A DNA stretch of 64,000 nt from assembly GCA_976551045.1 (NCBI GenBank), contig CDPCPM010000016.1:5270001-5334000 (forward strand). Reading direction: 5' to 3'. The translations under genes and the position numbers were made by a program. This stretch comes from Glaucostegus cemiculus (lineage: Eukaryota). This document shows, one piece after another, positions 61,761-64,000 of this stretch (within the stretch, counting starts at the first letter, position 1; each line of letters starts with the position of its first letter). The notes below the pieces were generated by a model. It was not told where the DNA came from, ran no database searches, and saw only the letters and a list, made by a program, of their open reading frames with translations.

Positions 61761-64000
61761 GATGTTACATCACGGGGTCAGCGTTATTCCGCAAATGAAT
61801 CCCGAGCGGTGATGCAATTCCATTCACCATTCTCGCACTGCAGTAAATGATCTCCCGTTTGCTCCTTTGTCCCTTCTGCTCCGGGTGTGCAGTTTTGGAG
61901 ACAGGCGAGAGGTTTGGCCGCTGATACGCGGCGCACACTGCTGTGTCACGGTCGCAGCAGACAGAAGGCAGGTGCTCCGGTGGGTCCCAAAAAGTGCAGC
62001 AAGACTCGGATGATGCCAAGGTTAGACGGCGCTGGATCGCTGCACTTTAACCACCAAGACGCGATCTTCACATCACCGTTTTATAAAGTGCCTTAACGCT
62101 CACTTCTTCCTCACAGAGCTTTCCCGCAGAAGTTAGGACTTCGATTTGCCCGGGGGTGGGGGGAGGGGGTGGAGATGAGAATTCTCTCCCACCTCTCTAG
62201 TACTTTGTTTTAAACGCCAGGGTTTACAAAGCCCTACAGTGAGCTGACGGCGAGGGTGATAAGGGAAATTATCCATGCCTGCTGTCCTCAAACACTCTTG
62301 GTGGTTCCTTCAACCATCACATGATTGGGTTAATGTTCCGCATTAATAACACACGGTCAAGGCAAGTCCGCCGATGGCAGTGCTGTGCGATCCCGCGACC
62401 CGTGAATGGCCCTTCATTTTCTCCTGTAGACTTGCCCGACGGTATTGTTAGACCGGGGCTAACCTGTGTGTGTGGTGCGGAAAGGGTTTTGCATGCCGCT
62501 TTTCCAGATGTGCTTTTGGATCACTCTACAACCTCAAAGATGGGCTTGACTTTTTGTGTGTGTGTGTGAAATTTGAGAGCTCATGACTTCACCAGAGAGT
62601 GAGCGGCTGACATTTCGGAAGTCTCCGTTCCCACATTCACTGCGCTTCATCCAGCATTATTCCCCAAAATAACGAAGAGAAGGTTTGGGTATTTGTAGTA
62701 CCTTTAACATCAAGTTCCCCATTCCCTCTACCACCCCCAACACGCTTGTATTTTTACTCCTGTCGTACTACTTACCAACATGTCGTGGACCTTGTTTTAA
62801 GGGGGAGGGTTTCCCATAGGAAGATTAGCGTTAGCGAGGAGCCGATCCTCATCATTGAACCGTGATGCAAGAGGAACGGCAGCACGTTGTAACATCAGTG
62901 CAGAATATAGCCAACGTTTATAAAGCGGTCTTCGCTCCTCTAATAAATATTCAGATCAATTCTAATCAGGTAAGGAATGGTTTGGATTACGGCTGGGTAA
63001 ACCTTTAACTCATTCGTAGTAGTAATTCGCCCTATGTTAGAGGCGTTTGGGAAATAATATCTATCGTCTGTGAAACTACTTTTATTTGAGGCTGAACACA
63101 TTTTTTTTTGGGGGGGGGGAGAAAAGTATTCAGCCATTCCTGGGAACATGGTATTATAAAATTTCCAACCAGCAAGAGACAAATAGATATTGGGGAATAT
63201 TGCTCTTTGCAGGGAGAAGCGATGGAACTACAAAACCATTGCACCTGAGAGGTTAAGGGCCTCATTCCACTGAAACAAGCAACCTCCTGAGCACAAAGGA
63301 AGCGAAGAGAAGGTGAAGTAGTTGGGGCTGGTGCAGTTGGCGGTCGGCAGTCTGAAGTCCAGGTGCGCGGGGCATTGGAATGATGGCAGCATGCAAGGTG
63401 GGAAGTGAAAGAAACGGGCAAATAAAAGTGCTCCATTTCCCGAATGAAATCCTCTCACTCACAGCCGCACACCTTTCAGTTTACGCCTTTCGCGTTTAAG
63501 TCGGGGTTCCTGCTGCTGTGCTCATCCAGTCCAACGCCTTCCAACTGGCAAGAGACAAATGGGTATTACAGTAATATATTGGGCCATGATACTGTCATCG
63601 ATCCGCGCATTTAGCCAATTTACGGCTTGGGGGTGCCATGTTATTAACACGCATCGGAGTCAGAGGCTTGACTCTGTCCACATGGTGCAGGTCTATGAAG
63701 GAACCACCAGATACTGTACATAATTTCTGGTTATCTGGGCAGTACCATGAGAACACTGGGGCAAGTTCAGGCATCGGGCCGGACAGTTGGCGAGATCAAA
63801 GAGCATTGACCAGTCCAACACCTTTACTCCATAACGATTTAAATAAACTTCAATATCAACTAATTTTCTTTAAAATGTATTAGATATCTAAAACAAAAAT
63901 ATCAGACCAAATCTCCCGGTGTAGGAGCATTAGACGCTTTGTGAATTGTTTGAGAATGGAATACATGTGGCAGCCTAAATAAAAGTAACTTCAAGTGTAG

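Overview
Vertebrate genomic DNA. The repeat families (CR1, RTE and Rex1-like LINE relics, tRNA-derived V-type SINEs, Penelope-like short palindromes) point to a cartilaginous fish, possibly a ray; this is inference. Two protein-coding genes lie tail-to-tail. On + are the last two coding exons of LDAH (6530-6612 and 22132-22323; the final exon is absent from the ORF track). On - is a complete two-exon GDF5/6/7-family BMP ligand gene (61504-61180 joined to 48752-47851, 408 aa). It is assigned to GDF7 from diagnostic residues and the LDAH-GDF7 synteny known from mammals. Most other ORFs in the track are TE debris or noise. I see no convincing wholly new biological system. The most unusual items are: degenerate hammerhead-ribozyme-like cores in Penelope-like repeats within the GDF7 intron; a young SINE nested antisense in a sister SINE with the same head but a different LINE-derived tail; a clean solo LTR with a 5-bp TSD; a non-tandem duplication of a composite TE junction; a 13-bp inverted repeat with a uORF upstream of GDF7; and a broad CpG-retaining domain over GDF7. 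All family calls are from visual recognition, not database searches, and TE boundaries are approximate.
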